DNA of 64,000 bases from Prasinococcaceae sp. CCMP 1430 (Eukaryota > Plantae > Prasinodermophyta): positions 652,416-716,415 of the forward strand of contig RQSC01000027.1 in NCBI GenBank assembly GCA_013416795.1. The letters run 5' to 3'. A program made the translations under genes and the position numbers. Positions 19,998-34,188 of this stretch are shown in pieces (the stretch's first letter is position 1; the number at the start of each line of letters is the position of its first letter). Below the pieces are notes generated by a model. The model worked only from the letters and a program-made list of their open reading frames with translations, was not told where the DNA came from and made no database searches.

Positions 19998-22124
19998 ATG
20001 GAGGTCACAAAGGAGAATGTGTTCAGCGAAGCGGTGCCCTCGCTGCGGTCGGCGCTGTCGTCGGCAGCCTTCGTCGCCGTCGACCTCGAGATGACGGGGA
20101 TCCACGCGCCGACGCGCGCCGATAGACCCGACCGGTTCGACGACGCGGCCGAGCGCTACGCCAAGCTCCGCGCGGCGGCGGCCGCGTACCGCACGGTGCA
20201 GTTCGGAGTGTGCGCTATGCGCTGGGACGCCGCAGATGCCAAGTATGAGGCGACCAGCTTCAACGCGCTCTGCTGGCCGCGCGCGCAGAAGTTCACCGTG
20301 GACGCCGGTGCCATGGAGTTCCTGGTGGAGCACGGCTTCAACTGGCAGGAGCTTGTCACTCGTGGCCTGACGTACAGCGACCAGCGCTCCGAGCGCCGCC
20401 TGCGTGATCAGCTGCAGGCGGAGCTCGATGGCGGGCGCGAAAGGGTTGTCATCGCGCGCGCTGACGACGCCAAGTTCATCGAGGGCGTTGGGGCCAAGGT
20501 GACAGCGTGGCTCGCACTCGGCGATGAAGATGCAACCGCCGCCGCTGCGCCGCCGGCTGAGCTGCTGCTAGACCCGTGCCCCAATCGCTTTCTGAAGCGA
20601 GCTGTGTACGAGATGCTGGAGGTCTCGTTCAAGGGGAAGCTCACCGTCGAGAAGGCAGACAGTTACAAGGAGGGCGCGCTACGCCTGCTACGCGGAGTCG
20701 ACGAGGCCGCCGCCGCCGCCGCTACCGCCGCGCGCTGGGAGGCTATCGACCGCCAGTGCGAGCTCAACGCGCTGTGGGTCGAGCTCGTGCGATCGGGGAA
20801 GCCGCTCGTTGTCCACAACGGCCTGGCGGACGTCGCTTACATGTTCCACCACTTCCAGCAGCCACTGCCCGAGCTCGTGGAGGACTTCAAGACGCTGGTC
20901 GCGGAGACCTTCCCGGGCGGTGTTTACGACACCAAGCATGTGGCCTCCCTGCCGCAGATCGAGGCGTACGGCTTCACCCGCGGGATGCCCCTCGGTGAGG
21001 CTTACCAAACCGCTTCGCAGAAGACCAGCACGGGCACACCCAGGCTCGCCACGCGCTGGTTGGACACTCCCACGAGCGCAGCAGACGTTGCGGGCAGCAG
21101 CGATGGCGGCGCCGTCGGCGGGGGCGCGGAGGGCGGCGCGCAGGGGCCAGAGGTCGCGCCACCGCTGCGGCAGCAGGTCAACTGCCCGCTTCCCATCGCC
21201 ACGCATGGTGAGTGCACCAAGGCGAGTGCCGCGGCGCGCGCATGGTGCGATTGCCGCGCGCGCTACCACGCACGCGCGCGTGTTCAGCACTGACGCACGC
21301 GTCCGTGGGCACGCACGTGCCCCCGTGCCCCCGCGCGCGCTGCTCGCGCAGCGACGCTCTCGCCGCGCTATGGCGAGGCGAACAATGGCGGCTCGGCGTG
21401 CCACGAGGCAGGGTTTGACGCATGGCAAACCGCCTACGTCTTCGCCTCGTATCTACGTTTACTGCACGCGGCGACGCTGCCCGCGGGCGAAACTCCCATC
21501 TCCCTTTTCAAAGTTGAGCCGCCGCTCACGCTTGCCGCCGAGCACGTCGGTCGCCTCGCTCTCCCGCGCCGCGACTTTCCATATCTGAGCTTGAGAGGAG
21601 ACGATCCGCTCGAGGACCAGAGCAACGTCTTTGTCATCACAGGCACGGTACCACTTGCACCACAGCCAGCTGCAGGGGGTCAGGACGCGCAGGAGAGTGA
21701 GGTCCCAGCAGACGGCGAGGCCAGCGTCGCGGCCGTAGCTGCTGCGCAAACTCCCGTGCCCATGCCCAGGTCGCCGCAAGAGGCGTCCAGGGCGGCTTTT
21801 GGGCTGGGGCTAGGAAGGTGGGACGCGTTTTGGCGTCCAACAGGGGAGTTCGTGCTGGCGCTGCAGGACCGTTCCAAGCTCGAGGTGCGCCTACCCTCTC
21901 GCGCACGCTGTTGTGCGCGCGAGCACTTGCGATTGCCCCGCTGACCTGCGCCCCCCCGCCCACTCGCACCGGTGCGCCACCCATTTCAGGGCGCCGCGGA
22001 GCTCCTGCTGCGAAGACTCGGATGGGAGGTAGTTCCGCTGCCCGAATATCGCGCCCAGCAACGCTCGTCTGCTGCCGCCGCCGGCACGCCTGGCAGCTCG
22101 CGCAAGCGCCGCCGCGAGGAATAG
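19998..22124 (+). CDS. PARN: Poly(A)-specific ribonuclease PARN (CAF1/DEDD family), 3 exons
   Basis: MEVTKENV, FVAVDLEMTGI, YAKLR, QFGVC, FLVEHGFNW, VVHNGLAD, YDTKH, HEAGFDAW. Introns 21208-21351 and 21885-21989. Confidence 0.9.
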
Positions 22125-22241
22125 CGAGCCGGCGCGCCCGCGGCACGCGCACTGCTTCTAAACGTCGCTACGAGCCGTCAAAATCGTCCTGCTGCATACA
22201 GAAATCGCGCTGAGACGCGTACGCGCTGGAGCGTCTCTCAC

Positions 22242-24509
22242 TCACTTCGTCGCCTCCATGTAAAACTCGAGCGTGACGGCGGTGTCGGAGTCAGGCTCGA
22301 CAGTGTACGGCGTGGCGGGTGGCACAAGGCGCAGCTGACCCTCTCGCATCTGCACGCCGCCCACCGCGGCGCTGCCCGCCGCCTGCATGATGAAAGTCTC
22401 GCCCGCGTGCGAGACCGTTTGGCCGCCGCCCGCCTTGCGCGTCACCATGCGCCCCTGGAACTCGGCGCCCTTGAAGAGCGGCGCGCGGCCCGCGCTCGTC
22501 GAGCGGGCGTCATCCAGGCAGCCCGCAAGCGAACGCGGCGCCGCCACGTCCACCGCGTCGTCGATCGCCACGGGCGGCACGTCGAGCACCTTGCCCGGCA
22601 CAGCAGCGCCACTCTTGGACGCCTCGGACGCGAAGTACGCCTCGATGACGGGCTTGAGCTCCTTCCCCAAATCCTGGCAGTGCCACCACTCCTCGTACAG
22701 CACCTTGGTGGCGTCGGCGCCCTCGCCGTAGAAGCGCAGGCCGTCGAGTTCTCCCTCCAGGCGCTTGCGCTCCGCCACCAGCCCGATGGTGTGCGCGCCG
22801 CGCTGCGGCGAGTGCGGCACGCGCGCGGGCAGCAGAAAGATCTCGCCTTCGCGGATGGGTATGTCGCGCCGTGCGCCGTGCTCGAGCACCTGGAGCACCA
22901 TGTCGCCCTTGAGCTGGTAGAAGAGCTCCTCGCCCTCGTTGATGTGGAAGTCCTTGCGCCGGTTGGGGCCACCCACAGCCATAACCAGCCAGTCGCCCGC
23001 GCCGTATACCATCGCGTTGCACACGGGCGGCGCGAGTCGCGCGGCGTTCACCCGCGCCCACTCGCCGAAGTGCACCGGGGCGTCCGCCGTCGCCGCCGCC
23101 TCCATCTTGGCGAGCTCCTCCTTGAGCATGAGCACGAAGAGCCTGCAGTCCTCGTAGGTGTTGTACAAAGGCACGGGCGCCACGCGGATGACGTCCGGCT
23201 TGCGCGAGTCGACGACGGCGCCGCGTGCGCGCAGCGCCTTCTGCACGGCGGCGGCATCGCGTCCCTTGATCACCACCGACAGCATCGCACCGCGGCGTGC
23301 CGGGTCCCGCGGCGTGAGCACGTGCACCCTGCTGCTGCCGATCTGCTCCTCGAGCAGCGCCTCCAGATAGGCGGTGAGGCGAATCGACTTGGCGCGGAGG
23401 GCCGCCATGCCAGCCTCATCATGGACGTCGAGCGACGTGCGCAGCGCGACCATGGACAGGGTGTTGGGGTTGGACAGCATGAACGAGTACGCGCCCTCCT
23501 GCGGCACGAACTCGAGGCCCATGTCGAAGCGGTCGGAGCGGCGGTGCCCCCACCAGCCGGCCAGGCGCGGCAGCTCGTCCAGGCTCGCCTTCGCCCAGCG
23601 CTCGTGCACGAAGAGCCCCGCCATGCCGCCCGGGCCGGAGTTGAGGTACTTGTAACTGCACCAACACGCAAAGTCAACGCCGTCATCGTGCAGCGACAGG
23701 TCGACGTTGCCGGCCGCGTGCGCGAGGTCGAAGCCTGCGACGGCGCCCACCGCATGGGCGGCGTCAGAGATGGCCCTGAGGTCGAAGCGCTGACCTGTGT
23801 AGTACTGCAATGCGCCCATCATGACCACCGCGAGCGTTTCTCCGAGCTCCGCTATCTTGGCGAGCACGTCCTCCTCGCGCAGGTGCACCTCGCCCTCGCG
23901 CGGCCACACCCGCACGAGCACATCCTCGTGCTTCAGCCCGTGCAGGCGCGCCTGGCTCTGCAGCGCGTACTCGTCCGATGGAAAGGCCTTGCCCTCCAGC
24001 AGGATGACGCGGCGCGTTTCGGTCGGCCTGTAGAAGGCGCACATGAGTATGTGGAGGTTGGCGGTGAGCGAGTTGCAGCACGCGACCTCAGCGGGCGTCG
24101 CGCCGAGCAGCCGCGCGCACTGCTCGCGCACGGTGTCCTCGATCGTCCACCACGGCGTCGCGCACTCGGCGCGCGACTCGTCGAAGTGCCCCTCAACGCC
24201 CATAGCGGCCCACTGATCCAAATCGGCGTCCACGGCGGCGCGCACGGCCTTTGGCTGCAGCCCGAGCGAGTTCCCACACAGGTACACCAGCCTCTCCGCG
24301 CTCTCGTCGTCGGCGGCAGCCGGGTCGCGCGGCGGCACGGCGTAGCGGGCGCGGAAGCGCGCGAGCGCGTCGGCGGCGTCGAGCGCTGCGGCCAGCTTCA
24401 CGATCCCGGTGGCCGCGCCCGCGCCGACGCCGGCGTCGGCCAGCGCGCCCGCGAGGTGCCCCGCCGCAGGCAGCCTGCGCCAGCCACCCCGTCCCGCCAT
24501 CGTCACCAT
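22242..24509 (-). CDS. KYNU-HAAO: Kynureninase fused to 3-hydroxyanthranilate 3,4-dioxygenase (KYNU-HAAO), single exon
   Basis: KYNU: YLCGNSLGLQPK, AFPSD, DLAHAAGN, WCSYKYLNSGPG, GWWGH, IRVAPVPLYNT. HAAO: PPVCN, VGGPNRRKDFHINEGEELFYQLKGDM, EGEIFLLPARVPHSPQR, ERKRLEGELDGLR. No stop or intron between them. Confidence 0.95.
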   Translation of the reverse strand: MVTMAGRGGWRRLPAAGHLAGALADAGVGAGAATGIVKLAAALDAADALARFRARYAVPPRDPAAADDESAERLVYLCGNSLGLQPKAVRAAVDADLDQWAAMGVEGHFDESRAECATPWWTIEDTVREQCARLLGATPAEVACCNSLTANLHILMCAFYRPTETRRVILLEGKAFPSDEYALQSQARLHGLKHEDVLVRVWPREGEVHLREEDVLAKIAELGETLAVVMMGALQYYTGQRFDLRAISDAAHAVGAVAGFDLAHAAGNVDLSLHDDGVDFACWCSYKYLNSGPGGMAGLFVHERWAKASLDELPRLAGWWGHRRSDRFDMGLEFVPQEGAYSFMLSNPNTLSMVALRTSLDVHDEAGMAALRAKSIRLTAYLEALLEEQIGSSRVHVLTPRDPARRGAMLSVVIKGRDAAAVQKALRARGAVVDSRKPDVIRVAPVPLYNTYEDCRLFVLMLKEELAKMEAAATADAPVHFGEWARVNAARLAPPVCNAMVYGAGDWLVMAVGGPNRRKDFHINEGEELFYQLKGDMVLQVLEHGARRDIPIREGEIFLLPARVPHSPQRGAHTIGLVAERKRLEGELDGLRFYGEGADATKVLYEEWWHCQDLGKELKPVIEAYFASEASKSGAAVPGKVLDVPPVAIDDAVDVAAPRSLAGCLDDARSTSAGRAPLFKGAEFQGRMVTRKAGGGQTVSHAGETFIMQAAGSAAVGGVQMREGQLRLVPPATPYTVEPDSDTAVTLEFYMEATK

Positions 24510-25199
24510 CGCCACCCGCCGGCGCCCGGAAAATTTGAAAAAAAAATATGTGGAAGGGAGCGCGCGAGGCGGAGGGCCTCGAGGGGCACGTCGAGGCGCT
24601 CGAGTCCGGAGCGGACGCCGACGCGCGTGCGCGGTGCAGGGTGGGGGGTGGGGTGGGGTGGGGCGGGGGGCACGCGAGCGCGCGCGCGCGCGCGCGCGCG
24701 CGCTGAGTACCGCAGCAGCGATGGGACCGCGGCGTTCGTTCCCCCTCCTTTTTTCAAGGGTCGTCTCCCATTTCTTTCCCGCCACGACTCGCCGCGCGTA
24801 CGTTTTCACCACGCATTCCACAACTCACCTCCAATTCAACTCTTCTTCCGTGAGTTGTGGCGGTTACACAAGAAGCTGCGGTTCCCGCGTGAATTGGCGC
24901 GCGAATCGACGCGCGTTCAATTTGACCTCCAGAGTGCTCGCGCGTGCGATGTGACGTGTGATGTGTGACTAGTCTACTGAGGTCGATGTGATGTGATAGG
25001 GCGTCACCAAGCCAAAATCTTTTTTTTTTATTTACTGTACATTGTTGTGTATGGGCTCTTGAATTCGGCACACAAAAAAGAGCGGCAGCGGCTATTCGAA
25101 CACTGCGCCACAGCGCGCGCGCGGCGCGGTGACGGGCGCTGCGGGCGCTGTGCGGGAGGAGGGGGGGCGCCCTGAGGCGGTCGCCCCTCCCGCTTCGCG

Positions 25200-25769
25200 G
25201 TGCTCCGCCGAGGCGCATGGCGCGGCGCGCATGCGCCACGCGCACACGCGCCTGGCGGCCTGCGCGAGCACCTGGCGACCATCGCCGCCACGCATGCCGC
25301 CAGCGCCACCGGGCCGCAGGCCGTGCTCCAGGGCGTCGTGAGCGCCGAGGAGGAGGTCCTCGATACCGAGGACGGCGCGCTGTACACCGAGCACATCGAT
25401 GAAGGTGGCGATCAGGACATCGAGGAGCTGCTCATGCACGGGGGCGAGGACGATGAAGCGAGGTGCGCGCTGAGGAACGGTGCGGTGCCCACGCCCGCTC
25501 GGCGGCGCGCCTCCAGCGCGGCCGAGGGGGCGCGTCGCGCACGTTTGGCGGCTGCGAGTGCCTCGAGCTGTAGGGGGGAAGGAAGGTGTGTGGGGACGTT
25601 GGCACAGCATGCACGTGCCCCAAGCTCGCTCGGGGAAACTGGGCAGCGGCTGGTGCGCAGCGCGCCGGGTGTGTGCACAGCGCACGCTGGGCGCAGCAGC
25701 GCAGCGCTCGCACTCTCGCGTTCGCCCGCCGCGCGCGACGCGCGCTCTGCATCTGAGAAGGGGGGTTGA
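25200..25769 (+). CDS. Hypothetical small acidic protein between KYNU-HAAO and TDO (structure uncertain)
   Basis: GC3-rich, acidic segment GVVSAEEEVLDTEDGALYTEHIDEGGDQDIEELLMHGG. No recognisable domain. Confidence 0.3.
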   Translation: MLRRGAWRGAHAPRAHAPGGLREHLATIAATHAASATGPQAVLQGVVSAEEEVLDTEDGALYTEHIDEGGDQDIEELLMHGGEDDEARCALRNGAVPTPARRRASSAAEGARRARLAAASASSCRGEGRCVGTLAQHARAPSSLGETGQRLVRSAPGVCTAHAGRSSAALALSRSPAARDARSASEKGG

Positions 25770-26458
25770 GGAGGCAGCCAAAGGCACGCACGGACGCGAA
25801 GCGCTCCAGGCGCACTCGGCCTGGTCGACCGAGGCGCGCGGCGAGGCATCGGAGCTGTCACGAGCGCGCTCCGCCCCCGCGCCGGCGCTGCCGCCCCCAT
25901 GTGAGTTCGTTCGATTTCGGTTTCAAACGGTCCAAAATTTTCACGAGTAAAGGTTCAATTAAAGGGTCTAATTTCACATGTACTTTGACCACCGAACAGC
26001 GCCTGGCCTCGTCTCGTCAAAACGCACCCTCCCGCGTCGCAGCGCCCCGCCCAATGGGAACATACGTCGCCTCGGAGCTGCCGCCGCCCCACCCCAGCGT
26101 ACCGCCGTCCCGTGCCTCGCCGTGCCGCAGCAGCGCCGCACGCGGGGGCCGAAACGTGCCGGCGTGCGTTTCGAACTGCGCAGAAGCACCCCCGGTTCGA
26201 AGAAGCCGCGGACCGGCTTCCCCCCCCTCGAACGCCCCACGTTGCCCCGAAAGGCGGGTGCCTTCCGCCGAGTTTGGGGCTGGTTGGCTTAGGGTTTTAA
26301 GTGTAGGGTTTATACATTTGGAAGGAATGAGGAATTCCTTTTGGGAAAAAGAAAAGGGAAATGGGATGCTGCCACTTTCGAGCAAGGCTCAAAGGCGCGG
26401 GAAAACACCCTCCGCGGCCATCAACATCAACGTCAACCGAACGGGGATGCGCCGTTGA

Positions 26459-28552
<2,094 letters not shown>

Positions 28553-28765
28553 GCCACGCGCCCGAAGCGAAGCTACGAGCTGGGGCGGACACCACCGACA
28601 CAGATAGAGAGAGAGAGGGGGAAGGGAAAGAGATGCCTAAGCTTTACGCTTTCAAATTGTTCCGGTGGGAGGCGCGAGCTCGCGTGGGGCGGCGTTGCCG
28701 CTGCGTCCCCGCCGCCTGAATGGAGCGGCCGGAGCTGCGCGCGCGCGCGCGAAGGCCCCTCTGGC

Positions 28766-29707
28766 TCACTCCTTCGGCTTGAGCCCCAGCCTCTCCTCGA
28801 AGTCAGCCTTCATCAGCCCGAGCCCCTCCTTCAGCGGCACCTTGGGCTCCCAGCCGAGCACCCGCTTGGCCTTCGAGATGTCGGGCTTGCGCTGCGTGGG
28901 GTCATCCTGCGTGTTCTCCACGAACACAATCTCGGCGTCCGGGTTGCACACCTCCCTGACGAGGTTGGCGAGCTCTATCATGGTGAACTCGCCGGGGTTG
29001 CCGATGTTCATGGGGCCGGTGTCGTCGCCATCCATGAGTTTGGTCATGCCCTCGATGAGGTCGGACACGTACTGGAAGGAGCGCGTCTGCTTGCCGTCGC
29101 CGTAGATTGTGAGCGGCACACCCTTGAGCGCCTGCGCCACGAAGTTCGACACGACGCGACCGTCGTCGAGCGCCATGCGCGGGCCGTACGTGTTGAAGAT
29201 GCGGATCACGCGCACCTCGACGTCATGCTCGCGCATGTAGTCGAAGGTCAGCGTCTCCGCCACGCGCTTGCCCTCATCGTAGCACGAGCGCACGCCGATG
29301 GGGTTGACGTTGCCCCAGTAGTCCTCGGTCTGCGGGTGGACGGTCGGGTCACCGTACACCTCGCTGGTCGAGGCCAGGAAGAAGCGCGCCCCCACGCGCT
29401 TGGCGAGGCCGAGCATGTTCATTGTGCCGATGAAGGAGGTCTTGACGGTCTTGATCGGGTTGTGCTTGTAGTGAACGGGAGACGCCGGGCACGCGAGGTG
29501 GTAGATTTGGTCGACCTCGAGCAGGATGGGCTCGACGATGTCGTGGCGGATCATCTCGAAGTTGGGCTTGTCCAAGAGGTGCGCCACGTTCGCCTTGCGG
29601 CCCGTGAAGAAGTTGTCCAGGCAGATCACATGGTCACCGCGCTCGACGAGGAAGGTGCACAGGTGCGAGCCCACGAAGCCAGCGCCGCCCGTCACCAGCA
29701 CGCGGTT
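28766..29707 (-). CDS. UXS: UDP-glucuronate decarboxylase (UDP-xylose synthase), main exon; a short 5' exon probably lies upstream (~29790-30185)
   Basis: [62 protein letters not shown]. Confidence 0.95.
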   Translation of the reverse strand, partial: NRVLVTGGAGFVGSHLCTFLVERGDHVICLDNFFTGRKANVAHLLDKPNFEMIRHDIVEPILLEVDQIYHLACPASPVHYKHNPIKTVKTSFIGTMNMLGLAKRVGARFFLASTSEVYGDPTVHPQTEDYWGNVNPIGVRSCYDEGKRVAETLTFDYMREHDVEVRVIRIFNTYGPRMALDDGRVVSNFVAQALKGVPLTIYGDGKQTRSFQYVSDLIEGMTKLMDGDDTGPMNIGNPGEFTMIELANLVREVCNPDAEIVFVENTQDDPTQRKPDISKAKRVLGWEPKVPLKEGLGLMKADFEERLGLKPKE

Positions 29708-31859
29708 CTGCGAGGACGAGGGCGGCGCGAGCGCCCGGGTCAGCCTCAGCACCGCTCACAGCGCGCGGGCGCGACGCGACGCCGCTGCGCACGGCCGTGC
29801 GAGCCTTGGGCAGCGGGGGGGGGCGAGCGCCAATGCGCCAGGGGGTGCGCAGAGGGAGGGCCGGCAGCGGACCACATAATGTACTGGGGCCGCCCGTCGG
29901 CCCTCGAGCGCCGCGGCGTCCGCGGGACCCATCTCGGCCGAACCAGCCGCCCGCGCGCCCGCGTGGATCGAGCGCTGGCCACGCCCCCCAACAGCCCCCT
30001 TCCGCTTCCCCCCGCCCCCCCCCCTTCTCTCTCGCGCCCAACGCTGCCGTCGCAGGCCGCCTCCGCCGATCGGCGCGCGGCGCGCGCGTTCCGCGAGCCG
30101 CCGCCGCCACCGCCGCCGCCGCTGTCCGCTCCCTCGGGGGCGGCGGTCGCCGCGCGGTCCACACATTCGACGCCAATAGGGACATTTCGACGCGTCAATC
30201 CGCATTTCCTCCGCGCGCGCGCGTGAGCCCCGCGACCTCCTCCGCCGAAGCCGCGGAAGGGCATTTCGATCCCCGCGCCAGCGCCCAACAACTCCCAGTG
30301 CGCGTTGCATCGGCAGCATATCACAGACCCTAATATCCAAAAACCTTTACGTAGTGTGAAACCATCTGGACCCTAACCCCATCCCCACCCCGTTGTCGCG
30401 CCCACAGCGCGGCGGCGCGGCCGTGCCCCGTCCGCGGCTCGCCAGACCGGGTCTGTCACGGGTCAGACCGGGTCTCTTCTGGCACCGCCGCGGATCGAAC
30501 CGGTTCCACGCGCGCACTCGGCCGTCGAACCGGGTCCAGCGCCCGGCCGAACCCGGGCCCACACGCACGCCCACGCACAGGCTCTCCTACATGTGCACAC
30601 ACGATACCATCTGTGCTCGAGCACCCACACACGGTTCACAGCCCCCACACCCAACCACACCGGCGGGGGTGCGGAAAGTCTCCATGAGTAGCGCGCTCCA
30701 ACCTGGGCGCCCTCTGGCCAAGCGGCGCGCGCTGGAGCGATTTTTAGGCGGGCGTACATCCGCCTGGCGAGGTTGCGACGATGGTGCAGTCGACATCTGT
30801 ACAACTAACTACGCGCACGCGTTGTGACCGCGCCCGTCCTCGTCACCGCCGCGTGTGCCGCGCGCGCGCGCGCGCGGCGCTCGCCGATCTGTCGCGCATT
30901 TCGCCTCCGCGGGATCGGGTTTTGTAGGTTCGTTCGCACCTCGCGGCGCGCGCGTTCGCCGCGGTTCGCCCGCGCGTTTCGCCGCGCCGCGCCGCCGCGG
31001 ATTGGGGGGGATTTTCGGCGCGGGCGCGCATCCGCGCCCGCGCGCGGATCTGCGGAAGGCGAAACGCGGCGCCGCGGACGAAACGCACGCGGCCGAACCT
31101 GCGCGCGCGCGCGGGAAAGGGGGAGGGCAGAAAGCACCGAGGCCCCCGCGGCCCGAGCGAAGCGCGTGCGAAGTGATGGCGACAGGGGGCGCCCGCCGCG
31201 CGACCGAGCAACCACAGCGCATCTCCAACCCAAACCGACGCCCCTCATCACAACGAGTATGTTTCCCGTGGGTATATGTAACGACTTCATCAAGGATTCG
31301 TCGGAGGCCGCGCGCGCGCGCGGCGCGCTCCGATGTCAGGTGAAGGTGCGCACCGCGTCATCAGATGTGATGCGCGCGCGTTGCGCGAGGAGGGTTTAGG
31401 GTTGGGCGTCCTTACCGTAGAAAAGACTCTGAGGTTTTCTCACGAGTGCGCTTGACATACGTGTTCATGAATCATGTTTATAAACCCTATTGCGACGCGC
31501 CGCGTCACGGGGGGGGGGGNNNNNNNNNNNNNNNNNNNNNNNNNNNNNNNNNNNNNNNNNNNNNNNNNNNNNNNNNNNNNNNNNNNNNNNNNNNNNNNNN
31601 NNNNNNNNNNNNNNNNNNNNNNNNNNNNNNNNNNNNNNNNNNNNNNNNNNNNNNNNNNNNNNNNNNNNNNNNNNNNNNNNNNNNNNNNNNNNNNNNNNNN
31701 NNNNNNNNNNNNNNNNNNNNNNNNNNNNNNNNNNNNNNNNNNNNNNNNNNNNNNNNNNNNNNNNNNNNNNNNNNNNNNNNNNNNNNNNNNNNNNNNNNNN
31801 NNNNNNNNNNNNNNNNNNNNNNNNNNNNNNNNNNNNNNNNNNNNNNNNNNNNNNNNNNN

Positions 31860-32372
31860 GAGATCATCCACGGCCGCTTCGCCATGCTCGGCGTGACCGG
31901 CGCGTGGGCCTCGGAGAACGGCACCGGCATCCCCTGGTTCGAGGCGGGCGCCCTGTGCACCCCCGACGACTGCACCGCCGTCGCGGACAAGTTCCCGGGC
32001 GCCATCGCCCCCCTCGCGCCGGAGGGCTCCGGCTACCCCTCGTACTGGGCGGTGATCGGCATTGAGATCGTGCTCATGGGCCTCGCCGAGGGCTACCGCA
32101 CCGGCCTCGTCGACCCCGCGTTCGACGAGCTCACCGTGGGCGACGCCAACCCGGGCGGCCGCTTCGACCCCCTCAACCTCGCCGAGTCGGGCGACCTCGA
32201 CGAGCTGAAGCTCAAGGAGCTCAAGCACTGCCGCCTGGCCATGGGCGCGTGGTTCGGCTGCATCTGGCAGGCGATCGCCACCGGCGAGGGCCCCATCGCC
32301 AACTGGCGCGCGCACGTTGCGGACCCCGTCCACAACAACCTGATCTCCGCCCAGTACGCCCCGTGGCTGTAA
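31860..32372 (+). CDS. LHCP: Prasinophyte-type light-harvesting chlorophyll protein Lhcp; 5' end in gap 31520-31859
   Basis: EIIHGRFAMLG, EAGALCTPDDCTAVADKFPG..APLAPEGSGYPS, PGGRFDPL.LAESGDL.ELK.KELKHCRLAM, as in prasinophyte Lhcp sequences. Confidence 0.9.
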   Translation, partial: EIIHGRFAMLGVTGAWASENGTGIPWFEAGALCTPDDCTAVADKFPGAIAPLAPEGSGYPSYWAVIGIEIVLMGLAEGYRTGLVDPAFDELTVGDANPGGRFDPLNLAESGDLDELKLKELKHCRLAMGAWFGCIWQAIATGEGPIANWRAHVADPVHNNLISAQYAPWL

Positions 32373-32513
32373 ATTTTGCGAACGCAGTATAACTTCTTGA
32401 TCCGCCCCGTCCCTGCGCTCCCCTCTTGAGCACCCGCACACCCAGCAGGTGCTCTCTGGCGTGCGCGGCGCGTGCGTGCGTGCGCACGAAGGAGCGCCCA
32501 GTCTTTTACCTCA

Positions 32514-33846
32514 TCACGCCCCGAGCATGCGCGGGACTGTAGCGCACTCATCGCGCCAAGCGTTACGGCGGCCTTTGCTGTGGCTGTTGAGCACGTCCTT
32601 GAGCACCGCGCGCGTTCCGTCGGGCAGCGCGCCGTCGGCACACAGGCATGCAATCGCCATGTCGCGTGGCGTGCGCGCGCTCGGGGAGGTAGAATCGGCA
32701 GAGCCGTTGTCTGCGGATGACTCAAACGTCGTGTCCGCTGGCTCCGCCTCGAGCACTTCCTGGGCGAGCCCCGCGGGCGCCGCGAGCACGCTGGCCGGCC
32801 CGAACATGGCCGCCACGCTGACCCACGCACCCGCCGGCAGTCGCAGCATCTCAAGGGTCGACAGGGTGGGCGCGACCGCCTCAGGAGGTAGGGCCCCCAC
32901 CATGTGGCATGCCTGTGCGGGCGGGCACGCGCGCGTGCGCGCGAAGGCCGCGCGAGCGTCAGCCCTGGGCCCCGGACGCACGCGCACACGCTCCAGAGCG
33001 CCCGCACGCGAGCAAACGCACGCCGCACCTCAATGTTCGGCTGGGCACCCTTCCCATCGGCGCTGTGAGCAACGAGCACTGCGCCGTGGGCTTGGGCGAT
33101 CGTCAGCGGGGCGCGAAGCGGCGCACGCGACGCGCGCACCGCCTTGCCGCCAAGGCCGTGCAACGAGAGACCGTCGGCGCCGTCCATGGGCATCTGCTCG
33201 AATCGGCGACTGTGGCGCACGCGCATGTGCGATTGCGCATGGCGGTGTCAGCGCGCACGCGCGCGCGCTTCCGCGTGCGCGCGCCGGTGTGCGCGCGTAA
33301 AGACGTGCGTGCTGCACACCTACGAGGGCGTACGGTGCGCGCGTGCTCACTCACGCGCGCGTGTTTGAGCGCCCTCTCACCTCTCCCCGCCCTTGCCGTC
33401 CTCCATCGCCTGCGCGCGCTTTGCCATGCGCTTCGCTGCCCCACCGGACGCACCGGCGGCGCCCGCGCGCAGCTCCTCCGTTGCAGGTGCGTTGGCGGTG
33501 GCTATGTGCGTTCGAGTACCGCGCGTGCACGCGCGCGCGAGCATGCGCGCGTCAGGATGGGCGCGCAAAAGGCGCTTGTGCATGCGCGAGCGCACTCGGG
33601 TGTGTGCGAGCGAGCTGCATGGCACGGTGTCCGCTCGCACGCACCCTTGGCGGCGCTCTCGCGTGCGCGGTCCCTGGCCGCGTTCACGACGCCGCCCTGC
33701 TGCGGCTTCGCACGCTTGTGCGCTTGCGTGCTGCTGAGCAGCGCCAGCCCCGCGACCACGAAGACCAGCGCGCACACGAGCACCACGCGCTCGCGCATCG
33801 AGAGGTGTACGAAGTCGCGGCTGGGGCGGCGGCGGGTGCGCGCCAT
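32514..33846 (-). CDS. Hypothetical multi-exon type II membrane protein
   Basis: ATG at 33846 gives MARTRRRPSR..RVVLVCALVFVVAGLALLS (one TM). Several GT..AG introns with GC-repeat composition are plausible. Final exon ~32514-32890. Exact splicing unresolved. Confidence 0.35.
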
Positions 33847-34188
33847 GGTGCGCGGGGGCGTGGGTTCGGGCGCTCGCGCGCACGGGTGACCGTCTCGAGG
33901 CGCGCACACGTGCGCGCGCACAGGGCCGTGTGGCCACCGCCGCTCGCCCGCCCCGCGGGGCACCGGCGCCAGCGCGGCGCAGCCGCCTGCGCCTCGGGGA
34001 ACGGCGCGAGGTCAAAGCGAACGCGATTCGCGATTCGCTCGTCGGGTTGTGCAAACAAACACACAAACACAATTGATGTCACATTCAAATCGACAGCCAG
34101 CAGGTCGGTCGCTCCGAGGTCTGAAATCGTGCAGGGTTGGGGTTGGAATCGAGGTCACACCCTCCTGTGCAGTGAGAGGAAAAATGGT

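Noticed and set aside
31240-31340. Two TGATGA box-C-like motifs on the minus strand (possible C/D snoRNA); similar motif near 5588
   Set aside because: No correctly placed CTGA D box or terminal stem found.
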